NCBI RefSeq assembly: GCF_036971445.1
Contig: NC_091477.1
Span: 30,690,001-30,754,000 of the forward strand
Source: Narcine bancroftii
Taxonomy: Eukaryota
Reading direction: 5' to 3'
DNA: 64,000 bases
The stretch's first letter is position 1, and the number at the start of each line of letters is the position of its first letter. The notes below the pieces were generated by a model that worked only from the letters and a program-made list of their open reading frames with translations, made no database searches and had not been told where the DNA came from. Below are positions 1-11,048 of this stretch, one piece after another. The position numbers and the translations under genes are program-made.

Positions 1-876
1 TCCTTGTCGTCTCATATTATATAGTTTTTTCACAACGTTCTTCAACACAGTTTTCTCAAATGTATGAAATAATGAAAATTATAATTCACTAAAATAAATT
101 CATAAAATGGTTTGTTTGTTATATGAAAGGTGAATTTTACTAGCAGAAAATAAACAACAATTATTGTTTAAATGCTCCCTAACCCTAAAAAAAATTAGTG
201 CAGATTAGAATTCATTCACATAAAACACTCAATGAGAAATGCATGGTTGGTGAAGAGAGGGAAATTTTAATATGCAACCATTTGTGCCACATACACCTAT
301 GTACAAAATATAATTTGTCTTCAGTAAAATCTCAACACTGTTTCCCCATTACCACTCTGTGACAGCACTGCTATTCACTAACTAATTTAAAAATATGATT
401 ACCTGGTACATTGTGGAATCCTGATGGGCTTACGGAAATGACCTTAAATTGCATAGCTGCACATCAAAAGTGAAGCATAGAAATTGAAACAGGGTACGTG
501 TCAGTTCGAGGCAGCCAAAATATGGGCATAGTCATCTGTCAATGAAGAATAAATTAGCATTTGTTTTATTAATGAGGTGCCATTCCAATGTAAAAACCCA
601 TCCAATTTAACGATTAGAAGATGATACATTTTATTTAGTGAAGCTAGAATCTCACTTGCTGATTAATCCAAGGTCTTTTGTATGTTTGGCAATAATTTTG
701 ATTGTATTTTAGTATTATGTAGGATTAATTTGTACTGAATGAGTAAATTGCACATGCTTTTGTTTATTTCACATTCAATTAATTAACATTTACAATAATG
801 AAGTGCATAAGTCATGAAAAATATATTACTGATTTCTTAACAAAAGTGCAGCAAATCTCAAGGAGCACACACTAGT

Positions 877-1233
877 TCTTTCTTTCTTTGGCTTGGCTTC
901 GCGGACGAAGATTTATGGAGGGGTATGTCCACGTCTGCTGCAGGCTCATTGGTGACTGACAAGTCCGATGCGGGACAGGCAGGCAGGCATCAGCGGTTGC
1001 AAAGGAAAATTGGTTGGTTGGGGTTGGGTGTTGGGTTTTTCCTCCTTTGTCTTTTGTTAGTGAGGTGGGCTCTGCAGTCTTCTTCAAAGGAGGTTGCTGC
1101 CCGCCGAACTGTGAGGCGCCAAGATGCACGGTTGGAGGCGATATCAGCCCACTGGCAGTGGTCAATGTGGCAGGCACCAAGAGATTTCTTTAGGCAGTCC
1201 TTGTACCTTGTACCTTGTACCTTGTACAGAGGT
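877..1233 (-). mobile_element. RTE-clade LINE, 5'-truncated 3' fragment with 10-bp TSD
   Basis: Reverse complement of the 3' end of the 28597-29460 copy, with a (GAAA)n tail. Direct repeat ACACACTAGT at 867-876 and 1234-1243. Confidence 0.9.
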
Positions 1234-3744
1234 ACACACTAGTAAATCTTAATAAAATCAACATAGGGCAAAATAATTTCCATTGTCTTTTTCTGATGTC
1301 ATTTTACACATTGAGCTATGTCAGCCTGTTGTTCAAATAGGACAAATATTGAAGGTAATTGACCAAATGTAGGCATTAAAACATTTGGACTGGTCAATTT
1401 AACAACTCACTATCTTAACTATCTCTTTAATCAGTGGATTTTTTTTTTACATTTCTTTGAAATCTGCTTCAGCCAAGAAGAAAAATATCAATGCAAGTGA
1501 TTAAAACATGGTACAAAATTTGTAGTAATGATTCTTTATCATTAACTGTACTGTCAATAAATTTATGAGATTTGGCTTTAAACAGTCAACAACTTTCTTG
1601 AGGGTTTCTATGTAAGAAGATTTCAAAATGTGAATTTTAATTGATTATTCCAAGCTGAAAAAGAACAGAGTCCATAAGAATAATAAGAATGGAACAACCA
1701 TTTCTGTCTGTAAAAAAAGCATGGAATGTTTAAGTTGTAACCTTCATGATGGAAAATTGAAATTCTGATCATTTTCTAATTGTGTGATGCAATTGGCACT
1801 GTTTAGATTTTGCTCTTTCACGATTTGGGGCTATTAATGAAGTAAAGTCCACCCAACAATATAACTTTCATTTTACATGTTTACCATTTTAATGAATAAA
1901 ATATTTATTGTATTCAATTCTGAATAATCATGACTTACAGGAATATAAGCAGAAGTTTTTTAAAAATGAAAAAAATCATGTTTAAAACAGTATTCAATCT
2001 TGAGATTTTATAAAGCAAAAAAATGTGTAATACCTTGCCTAGCTTTTCAAAAGGCAAATATTGGAGATGTGTGTCATTTGAGAGTAAAATATTTTGCATC
2101 TTACTGCAGGAAGATCAATTACTGAAGCAAACCTTTAAACTTTTGACAGAGAGGAAGACAAATTTTTCAGGCTTAATTAACCATAACTCAACCAGTACCA
2201 AAAAGCAAAATATAAAGACTGATGAAATGTAACAGAGCTGCCCATTTGACAGGCTGTTTTTCTGAAGTAGATAACACTAATCTCACCATAGTCCAGCAGA
2301 AAAGTGGTAAAGAATCATGCACTTTAAAGGACATTAGGGGCCTATTTCCTCTCTTGTCAGCTTCCTGAGATAAATCCTCAATCCCATTTATTTTCCCTTT
2401 CTGAATCCCTTCCGTTACTTGTTCTTACAGGAGAAATCCATTACCCAGAGGATGAAAAGCTCTTCCCCTCTGTGATCTGTGATCTACCAGAGAAATTCAC
2501 ATCATTACTATTGCAAAAAAAAAAATTTGTCCATTTATTATCTTTAGTGACCACTTGATTTTTTTTTTCTTGGGTACAGCACTGTGCAGACGGTCACATT
2601 TGATGTTGATAGTACCAGTGTGACAGTGGGATTGCCACAAGCGAGTTGATTTGAAGGTGATTGCTTTTCAATTATTATACAGAAAATAAATTGTTGAAGT
2701 GCCAATATGTGGGGAAAATTATAAGGAAGAATATCTGTTCGACTAGATATTGTGCATCAAACACATTTGCATTATGTGGAAGTTGTTTATTTGGTTTTGA
2801 GAAATGAAAAGTAAATTTATTGAAGTGTTGTGCCCCAACAAAGCAAAGTGCTGAGTATGTGATATTGCTTTCGTGATATGAAATTTCTAAAACAAAAATT
2901 CTTGCAATAAGTTGTTGATGTAGCCTGAAACCTTCACTCTCCATTTGCCATGATAACATAGATTTGAACAGTCAGCTGTCTGACAGGTGCAATGAGTGGA
3001 ATGTATGTTTGGTACTATTCTAAGTATCAGGCTGATGGGCACCCAAAGATAGTCAAATGATGTTGGCTGTTTTCATGAGAGGTGGGAGACCTAGCAATTC
3101 ATAAACTATACTGTTCCCTTCAATGCTTTGCACTTTTGTGAAGTTAACAATTGGAACTCACAACTTCCACACTCATTCTGCAGGGCATTCCTTGACATGT
3201 TTCCTTTTACAAAAGCAACTACCAACATTGAGCACAAGGGAACAAATATGACTGTGTTTTCTAAAAGCAGATGTGGTATTAGCCACATGAAAGGTACTTA
3301 GCAGAGAGGCCATGCTCATTGGTATAACTGAGGCTATCAGTGCGAAGGGGAAAGATAAAAAAAATTGCTCGAAGCACAAAACATGTTAATCAATTACTGT
3401 GGAAGGACCATTTCTGGGTTCTGATGAATGAAGCTTCTTTGTATAATGTCTTGCTGTGGGTCAGGTCCAGAGAGAAAGACTATACAAACAAAAAGAAAAT
3501 AAATTGTATCACAATAAAGAGGACAGGCAAAAAGGTTGCCTGTTCTGAAGCAAAGAGAAATAAAGAACGAGTTCAGTATTGTGTTTTGCGAGCCATTACC
3601 TGTCAAGAAGTCAAGTTTATTGTCATAACCCAACAAAACATCGTTCTCCAGTCCTCGGTGCAAAGCATGCAGACATACATATGCAGGACAAGTATTTCAT
3701 CTATTCAAATGAAGAAATATTTGTTTCATTAATATGAGAGTCTA

Positions 3745-4445
3745 GAATCTAGATGGTTAGTGTGAGCAGTTCCTTTGGTAGTTCAGCATTCTCATTGCCC
3801 GAGGGAAGAAGCTCTTCCGCATCTGGTGGTGGTGGCTCTGATAACTACTAACGGGAGCAGCTGAAACATGCCATTTGCAGGGTGGAAATGGTCCTCAATG
3901 ATTTTATGTGCCCCCTTCAGACAATAATCCTGATAGATCATGTTGATTGGGGGGGGGGGTGGGGGGGAGACTGCACTGATGCTCTCTGCCATTCTTATGG
4001 TCCTGTGGGATAACCTCCAATCCATTTCTCTGCAGCAACTTTACCACACAGTGATGCAACCAGCAGGATGCTCTTCCAGTAGAAGGTTGACATAATGGTG
4101 GCTGGTAGCCTTGGTACCCATTCTTCTCAGAAAGTACAATTGCTGTTGCACCTTCCTAGCAAGTGAGGAGATGTTGAGTGTCCATGGTAGTTCACTAGTT
4201 AAGTGAACACCAAGGAACTCGGTGCTCTGTACTCTCTCGACAACAGAATTGTTGATGTGTAGTTGAGGGTGGCCATTCCTGGTTCTTCTGAAGTCCACGA
4301 TCATCTTCTTTGCCTTGTCCACATTAAGATTCAGGTTTTTGCTCTCACACCTTTATCATGAGATTTTTCACCTCTTTGTACTGTGACTCATTGTTGGTGT
4401 TGAGGTCAACTACTGATGTGTCATCTGCGTGCTTGATGACACTGA
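3745..4445 (-). mobile_element. Rex1/Babar-type LINE 3' fragment, decayed
   Basis: ORF 4041-4322 gives K.MIVDFRR...VERV...FLGVHL...W..NISSL..K.QQ.LYFLRR, typical of the Rex/Babar RT C-terminus. Similar to copies at 17.8-20.3 kb and 34.8-36.3 kb. Confidence 0.8.
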
Positions 4446-4459
4446 TGGAAAGTGAAAGT

Positions 4460-4770
4460 TTGTTTTAATAATTCTGTAGGACACAGGCAGAGAGGGTAGA
4501 GTGGGAGTGGGGTGGTGAATTAAAGTGGCTATCAACTGGAAGCCAGTGCCATCTCTTGCCTGAGTGCAGGTACTTCGCAAAGTGATCACTCTTTCGATCT
4601 TCTGTTTCTCCTTTGAAGAGGAAACCACATTTTGATGAACCAGTGCAGAACACTAGATTGGAAGAACTGCAAGGGAATCACTACTCATCAGTAAAAAAAA
4701 ACTATTTGGGTCTCTGGGTGTGGAAAGAGCAAAAATGAAAGGATAAGTGTCGCACCTCCTGCGGTTAACC
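4460..4770 (-). mobile_element. Penelope-like element, GIY-YIG endonuclease remnant
   Basis: ORF 4465-4653 gives C..S.CG.L..GET.....D.FA..L.S......LPV.SHFNSP.HSHS.LS, resembling the Penelope GIY-YIG region. Confidence 0.7.
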
Positions 4771-5018
4771 ATTTGATCTTCCCTTGATCGAAGGTCTGCA
4801 TATTTTCACTTCTCAGCAACCAAGGAATCACCTTTTATAGGAACACATGAACAGACAAAACCACATTAAGAATGAGTCATTTAATTTTGTTTGTATTTTC
4901 CTGAAATAAATTTATAAATTTAGATTGAAATATGAAATTTATTGTAGATTTTATTCAATGTGACAATCAGTGGTGGAGGAATGATCAGAAATTTGGGATG
5001 CAGATGAACATCCTAAAT

Positions 5019-5262
5019 GGGCAGCATGGTTCGTGTAGTAGTTAATGTGACACTATTACAGAGCCAGGGATCTACATTCGAATTTGGCACTCTCTGTAAG
5101 GAGCGTGTATGTTCTTCCTTTGCCTGTGTGGGTTTTCCCCATGTGCTCTGGTTTCTTCCCACACTCTAAAACATACAGGGTTGTAGGTTAATTTGGGTAT
5201 AATTGGGCAGCATGGGTTGAAATGACTGAAGTCGGCTTACACCACGTTCTAAATTAAAAAAT
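5019..5262 (+). mobile_element. tRNA-derived SINE
   Basis: Degenerate A box and B box (ATTCGAATT), core gtgggttttcc...ctctggtttc.tcccac, A-rich tail. Homologous copies at 9.0, 15.6, 16.2, 45.7 and 59.3 kb. Confidence 0.75.
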
Positions 5263-6446
5263 AAATTAGCTGTGTTTATTATTTCATCATCCAATGCTGG
5301 GAAATGGTCACCTTTCTTTTCATGCTCCTCCACTTAACGTCTACTTTCATCTTCTTCAATACTTTCCACATTCTTGCTCATCAACTTCTTTCCCATCGCC
5401 AACGTAAAGGGAAATTCCCTCAAAATGTTCAACTTATGCATCATAAGCCTAAACAGCTTGATACCTTTTCACCTGAATATTGCCCTGTTACTTCAGAGAG
5501 GCACAGCCAATGAAAGGGCTAACGGGGGGGGGGGGGGGGGGGAAACCAGTTGAATGCTCTGCATTCTACCTTGTCACTGCATTTCACTCCATGAGTTCTG
5601 AAGTGGAACCGTGAGGAATGTCACTCCTTTGTCACTCATTCGGTGGCTTTGGGTAAATTGTGTTTATTGCCAGGATAACAGGCATTTGTCTGCAAGATGT
5701 ATTTTTTGTGCTTCAGTATTCTTTGCATGTGAAGGGAATGGAATTCCTTTTGATTCATAGCCATGCTCATGTGGTGTACACAAAACTATGAAGGCATATT
5801 CAGTGGGCTAGATTGCTCTATGACATACAGATGCAAACACATTAGTAAAATTCAGAACCCGACCTTTGGAATCTTCAAAGTCTCTCCAATAAAGAATTAT
5901 TAAGGGAAGCTAGTTTTCATTAAGGCATGCCAAAGTACATTTCAGTTTCAGATGTTCATTATTGAAATTGTGTCACCTGAAATTGAGACAAAGCTCAGGA
6001 TAAGAGGAGTTAGGGTCAGCACTCAGTACATGAGAGTAGGGCCAGAGATCAGGTTGTTAAGGCCAGGGATAGGAACTGGGTCTTAGGGTCTGGGGCTTAA
6101 GCCAGGAATTTACTTTTGCAAGGATCAGATCTAGGGTCAGGAGCAATGATCAGGGAATTGGCTGTAGGTTGGGGCCTCCACCAAGGGCTTGAAGGATCAT
6201 TGCCTAAGGAGGAATTGGAATTGATTTTAAAAATAAATGTTAAAAGTTTCTCGATTAGCTTTGAGATGAAATATCCCTCACATTGCAATGTTTTCTTTAT
6301 TCATATGGATTGCCATCCATATCATTGTACCAGGAAACATAGTACGGTGTACTTTCTGGATTCTATAGCCTCTCTGAAATGAGGTTGTTAGAGAACTAAG
6401 ACCATAGGAGGATCAAGTGAAACAGGAAAGTCTCCAGATGCTTTAA

Positions 6447-6730
6447 TTGTAGTGAAACACAAATGCTGGAGGAACTCAATAGGTCTCACAGCATCCATAG
6501 GAGGTAAAGGTATATTACCGACAATTTGGGCCTGAACCCTTCTTCAAGGTCCCTTGGCCATAACTGTCGGTAATGTATGAGGATCAAGGCCAGAACCTCA
6601 GGAAGGAGGTGATATTTGGGTGCTGGGTGGGAGATCAGTTGTGAAGGTTGGTCATGGAAAATGAGGTAACAGGTGTGGGAAGGAAGTTTGAAGAGAAAAA
6701 AAATAAGTTCACAGAAATCCCACTCCATCA
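6447..6730 (-). mobile_element. Penelope-like terminal repeat plus short internal remnant
   Basis: Repeat aaatgctggaggaactca...ggcctgaacccttcttcaagg recurs at 20.5, 26.5, 32.1, 46.3, 51.7 and 62.2 kb, and abuts Penelope-like coding remnants. Confidence 0.55.
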
Positions 6731-7166
6731 TTGCTTTAGAAAGTTTGGTCTTCCTGGGAATGATTTGATGATTGTAGATGGGTCTGTGCATTTTTAACCA
6801 CCTTATTACAAATAGAGCACTAAAGATCTTGAATGACATGGGTTTTAGATTCCTAAGGTGATGTTCTGAATGACAATACATGGAAATGAAGAAAACATTG
6901 TGATGTGAAGAATATTTCCTCTCAAAGCTGATAGAGTAACTTTGATAGGTTTGTTTTGAAGTGATGCAAGTTTTGATTGATCATAAATTTTAATGTTGCC
7001 TTTATTAAGGGTGAAGAAGGAGATTAGAATAAATATATTTATCTAGAAAATTCTGGGAACAAGAAAAACTTTGCCACAGGGAATGATTAAGACAAACCAT
7101 TGAATCTTCAAAGTGAAAATTGGATAACTGTTTGAAGCAGATGAAGACTGATTGCAGAGAGGATAA

Positions 7167-7212
7167 AAAACAAAAGGATTAGGTTTGCCAAAACAAAAGG
7201 ATAAGGTTTGCA
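7167..7212. repeat. 23-bp tandem duplication
   Basis: aaaacaaaaggattaggtttgcc / aaaacaaaaggataaggtttgca. Confidence 0.85.
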
Positions 7213-8011
7213 GCAGTCAGCAAAGAGGCAATGAAGCAAATAGTTGCCTTCTGGACTGTAAATTCGCTTGAATGTAAAATGTTTTAACTGTAGGCTTGAG
7301 ATCCAGCTGTACTTTACAGTATTGGCTTAATTATTTTATACATTTGCAGGAAATAATCCAGACTCTAGGTTTTGTATAACGAGTTCATTTCTAAACATTA
7401 CAAAAATATTGAACTCTTTGTAATCATTGTGTACTTGGAAGCAAATGAGATATTTTCTTGTATATTTACATTTAAATAATTAGATGTGATTTAAAAGTGA
7501 TTCTTATATTTATATTTTCATATGTAGTTATTGGAAAATCATTCTGTCCATAAAGCTGCTAAAAGAGGCATAACTGCTATAAGTTCACATTGTCAATGGA
7601 ATATGCTTAATATAATACTGTAAAATATATTGTTAAACATGCTGATTAATTTGATGTTATTATTAGGTGAACTTTGTACTTCACTGCTTGCCAAAAGTAA
7701 ATAGTGTTGTTTGTGATCCGTTAATCACAAAGTATATTTTAAAAGGTGATGCACTGATCTTTGATACCACTCATATGCCAGAACAAACTGAATTGCTTGA
7801 AGCCAATTAAAAATAAGAACAGAATGGGGGGGGGGGGGAGAAGAAATTAAAGCCTTCCAATAAGACATAGTCATTATTTTCTTGATGAATTTGTAACTTA
7901 AAATAAATTCCTTTAGTTTGTATTTGAAACATGTGATAAAGTGGAAAAATTAAGCCTGATAATTTCTTGAAAAAGTTGTGTAACCTATGAATTATTGCTT
8001 CCCATTTGCAG

Positions 8012-8065
8012 GCTGTTGATACCAATTTGGCAGCTGTTGATAGTCACTGGATCTTCATAAATGAG
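8012..8065 (+). CDS. GRID2: Delta-type ionotropic glutamate receptor (GRID2-like), internal exon equivalent to exon 5, amino-terminal domain
   Basis: cccatttgcAG|...|GTaatt; 54 nt, phase 0-0. Translates AVDTNLAAVDSHWIFINE, matching the GluD1 AVETNLASKDSHWVFVNE / GluD2 VVETNLVAFDCHWIIINE exon (recalled). Too short for the ORF track. The symbol is the closest named gene; orthology is uncertain. Confidence 0.85.
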
Positions 8066-9029
8066 GTAATTGAAATTGCGTCGAACGAGTCCTACAATGT
8101 ACCAGAACTTTGTCAAATATGAGTGTAAATTGTATTTGTTGCTTAAACTGTGTGCATATACAGAAAACAGATGTGTAGCTTATTCACCTAGAAACTTGTT
8201 TTATAGCCACATAAAGACGAATGCTCACTGAAGGCACAGATTTATAATTTCATGATCCATTGTGTTCATTTCATGTCATGTGTAAGCATGTCCAATTATT
8301 GCCTTATTGAAATCATTGTTTTTTAAGAAATTCTGATCGTTATTTGACTTACATATAGTTTTTGGCCTACTACTCAATAAATAATTTCTATTTTGGAGCT
8401 GTAGATCGAACAGATATTTGCTCAACCTTATATTGGAATACAAGAACAGGAGCAGACTTTTCAGGCCTTGAGCCTTTCTTACTAATCATTTGCATAGTGA
8501 TGGATTCACATCGATATATTGTGATTGCCTGCGATCACATGCCTGAAAACACATATTGAACTTGAAGCAATCATTTTCATTTTTGAAAATATCCACGAAT
8601 TTTGAGGGATGTGAGTTCTAAGCTTTGTGTGAAAGCGGGTTTCACTCCCTGGACTATGGTTTCCTTGTTTTGGATTTCTGCACCAAAGAAAATACATTTT
8701 CGCTAACAAACCTTCAACTTGTTTTATCGTTTATAAGTTCCTCAATTATACAACTTGCCACATTCATGAAAATAAAATTCATAAATGTTCCATGCTTTGA
8801 ATTTGTAACAGGTTATGTGTGTATTTTAATGTTGCATATGTTTTTTATTTGCTACTTTGAAAATACTGCACCACATATTAACTAATGCAAACATCGATAG
8901 CATGTATGATAAGTATACATGGTAGATGTCAGAAGAATAATTGACAGATTTCCCACCAAAATAATACTGCTATTCTTCATATACCAAAGAGTTGATAATT
9001 CCGATGAACTCTGAAATTGAAGGTTAATT

Positions 9030-9258
9030 TTTTTTAAATTTCGACTTACCGTATGGTAACAGGCCCTTTCAGTCCACGAGTCTGTGCTGCCCAATTACAT
9101 CCAATTAACCTACAACCCATGGTATGTTTTGAACAGCGGTAGGAAACCAAAGTCCCCGGAAGAAACCTACACAAAAATGGGGAGAATGTACAAGCTGCTT
9201 ACAGCCATTGCGGGATTCGAACCCAGGTCCTGATCACTGGTGCTGTAACAGCGCTTCG
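9030..9258 (-). mobile_element. tRNA-derived SINE
   Basis: Perfect B box GGTTCGAATCC on the - strand; same core and tail as the other SINE copies. Confidence 0.8.
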
Positions 9259-9339
9259 TCCTCTTAGCCCAAAGCACCATGTGACATGACCCCTGCTCCC
9301 ATTGCCAAGCCTCCTTGCTGGTGTAGACCTGAACCCATG

Positions 9340-9660
9340 TTGTTTTTCAATTTCTGTCAGAGATTAGTCAGCGAGTGAGGGAGGTGGAGGTGCAGGACCA
9401 AAATCCAGCGAAAGAGTAGGTGAGATAAAGATGTAAAATCAAGTATTGGAGGCAGCAACAAGGTTGGACAATAGTTAAAGATTAGAAGGAGGAAGTGTGG
9501 GTAAGTGGCTATGTAATTCAGAGATTCTCTGTGAATTAGACAATGAAATATAGGCATCATCATTTCGTTAGAAATGAGGAGAGTTAACATCAGAGAGCAG
9601 GTGGGTGATCCAGGTTTGGAGGAAGGTTGGGAAAGATTTCTGGTCCACTAGTCTTACTCC
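9340..9660 (-). mobile_element. Penelope-like RT/thumb remnant
   Basis: ORF 9357-9590 IHRESLNYIATYPH resembles a decayed Penelope TDSH.YLDY.SSHP motif. Confidence 0.45.
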
Positions 9661-10059
9661 AAAAGCAATTTACCATTGACAAGTCTGACAAGTCCAATTG
9701 GTATCTGTGGCCTGTCAGTCTCTAAAGTCAACCCATCAGTTACTGAGCTGTTCAGATGCTTAACTTCTTGATAAATTCAATTCTGCTCAGATTTGAAATT
9801 TTCTTTCTTATGTTCAGATCCCTTCATGACTTTTCCCCACCTCGTTCCATGACCCAACTCATTGTTTTGACCTTGAGAAGGTAAACACTCATTATGCCAT
9901 TGATTCATGTCAAACTATTGGTGACTATTCAACTATTGGTGACTGCCAAACTTTTTTGTTCTGATATTTCCATCCATTGCTCTGACACTCCACCTGTGCT
10001 CTCTTTTAAGACCTTGAAACACACTATTTTGACTGAATTGTCACTCCCTTTCATTATCC

Positions 10060-10322
10060 TGTGGCGGTGCACTCTCTCATGGCGAACTGGCCCCGCGTGT
10101 AATGCCACGTGGTGGGGCAGCCTTGGAAAGATGGCACCTTCAGGGTTTCTCCCTGCATCGTCTGCCCAGCAGTTGCCTGGGGCAGCAATTATGACATTAC
10201 AATGCACACGGTGACTGAGCTTATGCTGCCCTTAAAGGGGCATGCACTGAATTTGAATAAAACAGTCGTTAACGACATTCAACGTGGTGGCTGTGTCTTT
10301 CTTGGCTGTGGCCAGCTCCACA
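10060..10322 (+). repeat. 5' LTR of Gypsy element
   Basis: Begins TGTGG, ends CCACA, contains AATAAA; direct repeat of 14026-14277. Confidence 0.93.
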
Positions 10323-10323
10323 T

Positions 10324-10334
10324 TGGTGACCCCG
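10324..10334 (+). promoter_or_regulatory. Primer-binding site complementary to the tRNA-Trp 3' end
   Basis: TGGTGACCCCG, 1 nt after the 5' LTR. Confidence 0.8.
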
Positions 10335-10386
10335 TTTAGCCCAGACGCCTCTCTGGTCTCAAGAACATTGATCCGGCAGAGATCAA

Positions 10387-11048
10387 TGACATTGCCATCA
10401 AACTGCCCCCCTTCTGGACCCATCGCCCGCATATGTGGTTCAGGCAAGCGGAGGTGCAGTTTCAACTGAGGAACATTTCAGCAGATGCCACGATGTTCTA
10501 CCATGTCGTGAGCATGCTGGACGAAGAAATGGCAGCCAGGATGGATGATCTGATACACAACCCGCTGGCCGAGGGTAAATATCCTGCCCTCAAGAACCTG
10601 CTCCTTGGCACTTTCGGGCTCTCCCCTCTGCAGCGTGCCTTCAGGCTCCTGCACCTCGACGGGCTTGGGGACCACACACCATCGGTCCTAATGGACAAGA
10701 TGCTGGCACTGGCGGAGGATCACAAACCTTGTTTCCTCTTCCATCAGATCTTACTCAAGCAGATGCCCGAGGAACTACATCCAACTACTCCTGGCGGATG
10801 AGGACTTCACGGATCTACGCCGAGTCGCAGCCTGAGCGGACACCTTCTGGCGCACCAAGAGGGAGAATAAAGCAGCCCTCAGTCAGGTTGCATGACCAAG
10901 AGCCAGCTGGGCGCAATACTGCCCCAAGCACAAGCCGGAGGAGCACCATTCCACCTGGTGCTTTTACCATCTGCACTGGAGACCGCAAGCTCATAAATGC
11001 TGACAACCATGTGACTACCAGGGAAATGACCCGGCCGGCCGCCGTTGA
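10387..11048 (+). pseudogene. Gypsy gag, frameshifted, with CHCC-type zinc knuckle
   Basis: IAIKLPPFW...WFRQAEVQF start; C-terminal WCFYHLHWRPQAHKC*QPC (C-x2-H-x9-C-x3-C). Confidence 0.8.

Noticed and set aside
1-8011. Upstream GRID exon (exon-4 equivalent) and AG-flanked candidates near 2430 and 7349
   Set aside because: No DIRG/RRAIL-like translation was found by eye; the exon probably lies outside the window.
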